Source: Promethearchaeota archaeon
Lineage (GTDB): Archaea; Asgardarchaeota; Lokiarchaeia; Sigyniarchaeales; SOKP01
Reading direction: 5' to 3'
NCBI GenBank assembly: GCA_048940645.1
Contig: JBHLOI010000060.1
Location: 1 to 20,584 of the forward strand
Length of the DNA: 20,584 nt
The notes under the pieces: model-generated
What the model saw: only the letters and a program-made list of their open reading frames with translations
Database searches by the model: none
What the model was told of the DNA's origin: nothing
Program-made: the position numbers and the translations under genes
In this document: positions 17,462 to 20,584 of the stretch, one piece after another
Position numbering within the stretch: the first letter of the stretch is position 1
How the letters are laid out: every line of letters starts with the position of its first letter

Positions 17462-18742
17462 CTAAAGGTTTTTCTTATCGATAATTTTTTGCAATATTTC
17501 TTTAGCATGATCAATCCTAATTTTATTATCTTCTACTAATTTTTTTGCTACTTGATCAATAAGATTTTCAGGCACTCCAGCTAATTTTGCAATATTACGA
17601 GAATGGAGTGCCATATGGCCTTTCTGAATGCCTTCTGCCGCTAAAGCTCTTAATGCCGCAACATTTTGAGCTAACCCTACTGCAGCTGCAACTTGAGATA
17701 ATTCTGCAGCTGATTTTATACCTAGAATTTTTAGATTTAATCGTGCCATTGGATGTATTTTTGTCATTCCGCCAATAATTCCTAAGGCAAGTGGAATCTT
17801 AATTTCGCCTATTAAATTTCCCTCTGCATCAACTTCAAAATTAGTCAATGGAGAATAATTACCTTTTAATGATGCATAAGCATGAGCTCCAGATTCTATA
17901 GCTCGTGTATCATTACCAGTTGCTAAGGTTAGAGCAGTTATTCCGTTCATTATTCCTTTATTATGAGTTGTGGCACGATATGGATCAGCAAGGGCAAATT
18001 CATATGCATTAACTATACCTTTTACAACTTCTTCTCCTCCTAGTAAAACTTTGTCAAATTTAGCTTTACACTTTGCCAATCTATGAATAGCTAAATTTGA
18101 CACGATTCGTAGATAAATTTTACCCTCACATAACTCCTCAATATAAGGTGTAACAGACTCAGCCATAGTATTCACCACATTAGCTCCCATTGCATCTAAA
18201 ACATTTACTAATAGATGAATTATTAACATAGCACCTTTTCTTGTATTAATATCTCTGAGTTCAAAATCATATGCTCCTCCACCAAGTTTTACTAAGATTG
18301 GATCCTGGTCATTAGCAATCTTCAATATATTCTTTTTATTCTCTAACAAAATTTTTTTAGCTTGCTTAACATCAGTAAGATTGGTTATTTGGATTTGAGA
18401 TATCATAATTGAATCTACTTTTTCTGAAAAAAATCCTCCATGTTTTCGAGCAATTCTTGCTGCGTTTGAAGCTGCAGCAACAACGGAAGGTTCCTCTATA
18501 ACCATAGGAATTAAATAATCCTTGTTATTAACTTTAAAATTACACGCAATCCCAATTGGCAATTGATATGATCCAATAACATTTTCAATTAAAGTATCAA
18601 TTTGTGTCTCTTTGAAATATCCAAAATTTTTTAGTAATTTAACCTCTTCATCATCAAGATTAACAAGCTCAGAAAGAGTTTTTTGCCGTTCTCCTAAGGA
18701 TAATTTATAAAAACCCGAGATATCAGAATGGAATTTACTCAT
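17462..18742 (-). CDS. mvaA: HMG-CoA reductase, class II
   Basis: IENVIG, PMVIEEPSVVAA, DAMGAN, YRATTHNKGIMNG, ATGNDTRAIE, GLAQNVAALRAL, GIQKGHMALH. Confidence 0.95.
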   Translation of the reverse strand: MSKFHSDISGFYKLSLGERQKTLSELVNLDDEEVKLLKNFGYFKETQIDTLIENVIGSYQLPIGIACNFKVNNKDYLIPMVIEEPSVVAAASNAARIARKHGGFFSEKVDSIMISQIQITNLTDVKQAKKILLENKKNILKIANDQDPILVKLGGGAYDFELRDINTRKGAMLIIHLLVNVLDAMGANVVNTMAESVTPYIEELCEGKIYLRIVSNLAIHRLAKCKAKFDKVLLGGEEVVKGIVNAYEFALADPYRATTHNKGIMNGITALTLATGNDTRAIESGAHAYASLKGNYSPLTNFEVDAEGNLIGEIKIPLALGIIGGMTKIHPMARLNLKILGIKSAAELSQVAAAVGLAQNVAALRALAAEGIQKGHMALHSRNIAKLAGVPENLIDQVAKKLVEDNKIRIDHAKEILQKIIDKKNL

Positions 18743-18937
18743 TTTATTACAACCAATTTTTTTGCTAATTAAAATAATATATTATATTTAATAGTTATAG
18801 AGTATTTTAATGTGAATTTATTTTCTAGAAGAAATTGTAGCAAAAATAAATTTTGAAATATTTACATAAAATAATTATTATCCTTAAATACCTATTATTA
18901 TTAAGAAAAAGTTAATGTAAAAATTTTAGTGATAATA

Positions 18938-19489
18938 ATGATTCTTGTTGCAATTACTGGTGCTACAGGGGTTTTGATTGCTATTAAATTATTAAAGGTC
19001 CTAAAAGAAAAAAAAATTTTAACAGAATTAATCATATCAAAAGCTGCAAAATTAGTATTAAAAACTGAAACAGAACTAAATATTTCAGATATAAGTGATC
19101 TAGCTTCAAAATCATATAATGTAAATGATTTAGAAGCTCCTCCTGCAAGTGGTTCCCATAAATTAGATGCCATGATTATCGTACCTTGTACTATGAAAAC
19201 ATTAGCAGCCATTGCTCATGGTTATGCTAACAACTTAATTACCAGAGCTGCTGATGTCAATATTAAAGAAAAAAGAAAATTAATTTTAATAGTGAGAGAA
19301 AGCCCTTTAAGCGCAATTCATCTTGAAAATATGCTCAAACTCGCCAAATTAGGAGTAGTAATAGCTCCTCCAGTTCCTTCTTACTACATCAAGCCAAAAT
19401 CCGTTGACGAACTTATCGATTATACTGTAGGACGCATTCTTGATCAAGTTGGTATAGAAAGCGATATAAAGAGGTGGGGAGATGAATAA
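18938..19489 (+). CDS. ubiX: Flavin prenyltransferase UbiX
   Basis: VAITGATG, APPASGS, PCTMKTLAAIAHG, NLITRAADV.IKEKR, RESPL..IHLENM, PPVPSYY.KP. ATG 18938 is preferred over GTG 18929. Confidence 0.95.
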   Translation: MILVAITGATGVLIAIKLLKVLKEKKILTELIISKAAKLVLKTETELNISDISDLASKSYNVNDLEAPPASGSHKLDAMIIVPCTMKTLAAIAHGYANNLITRAADVNIKEKRKLILIVRESPLSAIHLENMLKLAKLGVVIAPPVPSYYIKPKSVDELIDYTVGRILDQVGIESDIKRWGDE

Positions 19490-19826
19490 ATGGAAAGTCG
19501 ATTTGAATTCTTTTGAAATGGGAGATGACTTAGTTCTCATGCTGACGGGAGGAAATAAACCTCATATCGGAGCTGTTGCATTAGCAATTCCTTATAAACA
19601 AACTTCAAATGCAAGCTTGCTTAGTGTTTATGGTCATAAAGATGGTGAAATCGCTAAACCATTAGCAGAAAAGGTTTCAAAAGTAGTTAGAAAAACTGTC
19701 GTTGTAATTGTAGGAATTCATCTCGATAATGCTACAAGAGAAGATATTCAAAAATTTATAAATAATTCTAATAATGAAATTGATAAATTTATAAATGATT
19801 ATACCGAAGATTGGAACACAACTTGA
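19482..19826 (+). CDS. lpdD: LpdD-like prenylated-FMN chaperone
   Basis: GDDL...TGG..PHIGAV, GHKD, VVIVGIHLDNAT pattern, recognised as LpdD family from memory. Overlaps the ubiX stop by 8 nt, suggesting translational coupling. Confidence 0.72.
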   Translation: MNKWKVDLNSFEMGDDLVLMLTGGNKPHIGAVALAIPYKQTSNASLLSVYGHKDGEIAKPLAEKVSKVVRKTVVVIVGIHLDNATREDIQKFINNSNNEIDKFINDYTEDWNTT

Positions 19827-19915
19827 TAGAATTAATTAAAAAAATTAGAAATGAACTACTATTAAACCTATTGCTCCTGAGTTTAAATTTTTAAGGAAAA
19901 TGGTACTAATTTGAT

Positions 19916-20584
19916 TCACTCAAGAGGAATGGGTATTTCGTGGATTTTTTTACCTCTTTTTATTAAATGGTCTTCAGGTATAGTTATATATAAAGGAATC
20001 CAATTTAATAATCCTTTTGCGTTAATATTTTGCTCGTTTTTATTCTCATATCTCCTTATTTCATATTCTAAAGAATCACCTTTCCTTGCATTATTAGCTA
20101 CTCTTACCAGGCCTTCATTCAAATATTTTAGATCATCATTTGAACGAGAAATTGGATCACTATCTAATTTCGCAAAGAGAGGGAAAAATCTTTTATGATA
20201 CCCAGAGTGTCCTTTAGGGCAGTGATCTAAACCTTCTATATTTGGGATAAGGCACCCCTCATCACAGAAATGAAGTGTAAAACCTCTATTATTATTTTGC
20301 TCATGCTCAACTATTTTTCCCAATATTATTTTTGGTTTAGCACTACCATTTTTTATCAATTCATATTCTTGGACGCTCACTCTAGTCTTTATGTTTATAA
20401 AATCATTAATATGGGGGCTTTTTTGAGTAATTTCATTAAATCTATTTTGGACTTTTAGAAGACCAGAAATACAAGTTGCTCCTGAACCATAAGAACCAAA
20501 ATATATTGTATCATTAGCACGAGCATAATTTTCAAGCAGATAGATAATCTGAGCCCATAAACTAGCGTTGTACATATTACCAAA
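19916..20584 (-). CDS. HMG-CoA synthase family protein, 3' part (gene starts beyond the window), with a C-terminal Zn-ribbon/OB-fold (DUF35-like) extension
   Basis: Frame is open from the window edge: FGNMYNASL...YFGSYGSGA are HMGS C-terminal motifs. These are followed by CDEGCLIP...HCPKGH and GDSLEYEIRR. Confidence 0.8.
   Translation of the reverse strand, partial: FGNMYNASLWAQIIYLLENYARANDTIYFGSYGSGATCISGLLKVQNRFNEITQKSPHINDFINIKTRVSVQEYELIKNGSAKPKIILGKIVEHEQNNNRGFTLHFCDEGCLIPNIEGLDHCPKGHSGYHKRFFPLFAKLDSDPISRSNDDLKYLNEGLVRVANNARKGDSLEYEIRRYENKNEQNINAKGLLNWIPLYITIPEDHLIKRGKKIHEIPIPLE

Noticed and set aside
18774-18785. Perfect palindrome ATAATATATTAT in the divergent promoter region
   Set aside because: It is pure A/T in a very AT-rich spacer and cannot be distinguished from chance or overlapping TATA elements.
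1270-20458. Other short ORFs in the track (e.g. 1270-1479, 3712-3912, 4051-4609, 5781-6595, 9199-9396, 10471-10662, 13723-13911, 14826-15131, 15902-16099, 16441-16623, 17191-17400, 17587-17778, 18901-19212, 19349-19540, 19911-20198, 20270-20458)
   Set aside because: All are antisense shadows of confidently assigned genes and have no motifs.

Overview
AT-rich archaeal window, most likely from an Asgard (Lokiarchaeia-like) genome; this is inferred from a longin/Arf-like/Roadblock/Rab-like fusion protein, GGTGA Shine-Dalgarno motifs and the archaeal mevalonate route. The left part holds the tandem small-GTPase fusion, an orphan beta-class DNA methyltransferase, an alkaline-phosphatase/NPP-family enzyme and a GH38 alpha-mannosidase. 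The right part (8.3-20.6 kb) is a near-complete cluster for the archaeal (Aeropyrum-type) mevalonate/isoprenoid pathway: polyprenyl synthase, IPK-IDI2 fusion, mevalonate kinase, two-subunit AcnX phosphomevalonate dehydratase, UbiD-type decarboxylase, class II HMG-CoA reductase, UbiX, LpdD-like prFMN chaperone and a partial HMG-CoA synthase with a DUF35-like tail. Key observation: the mevalonate kinase gene, truncated in the ORF track, is intact except for a 31-nt insert (14316-14346) that splits the conserved GE|H motif. The insert's two ends fall exactly at the cleavage positions of a relaxed bulge-helix-bulge, so it is a candidate tRNA-endonuclease-type intron in a metabolic mRNA. Two genes also appear to start at ATT codons.
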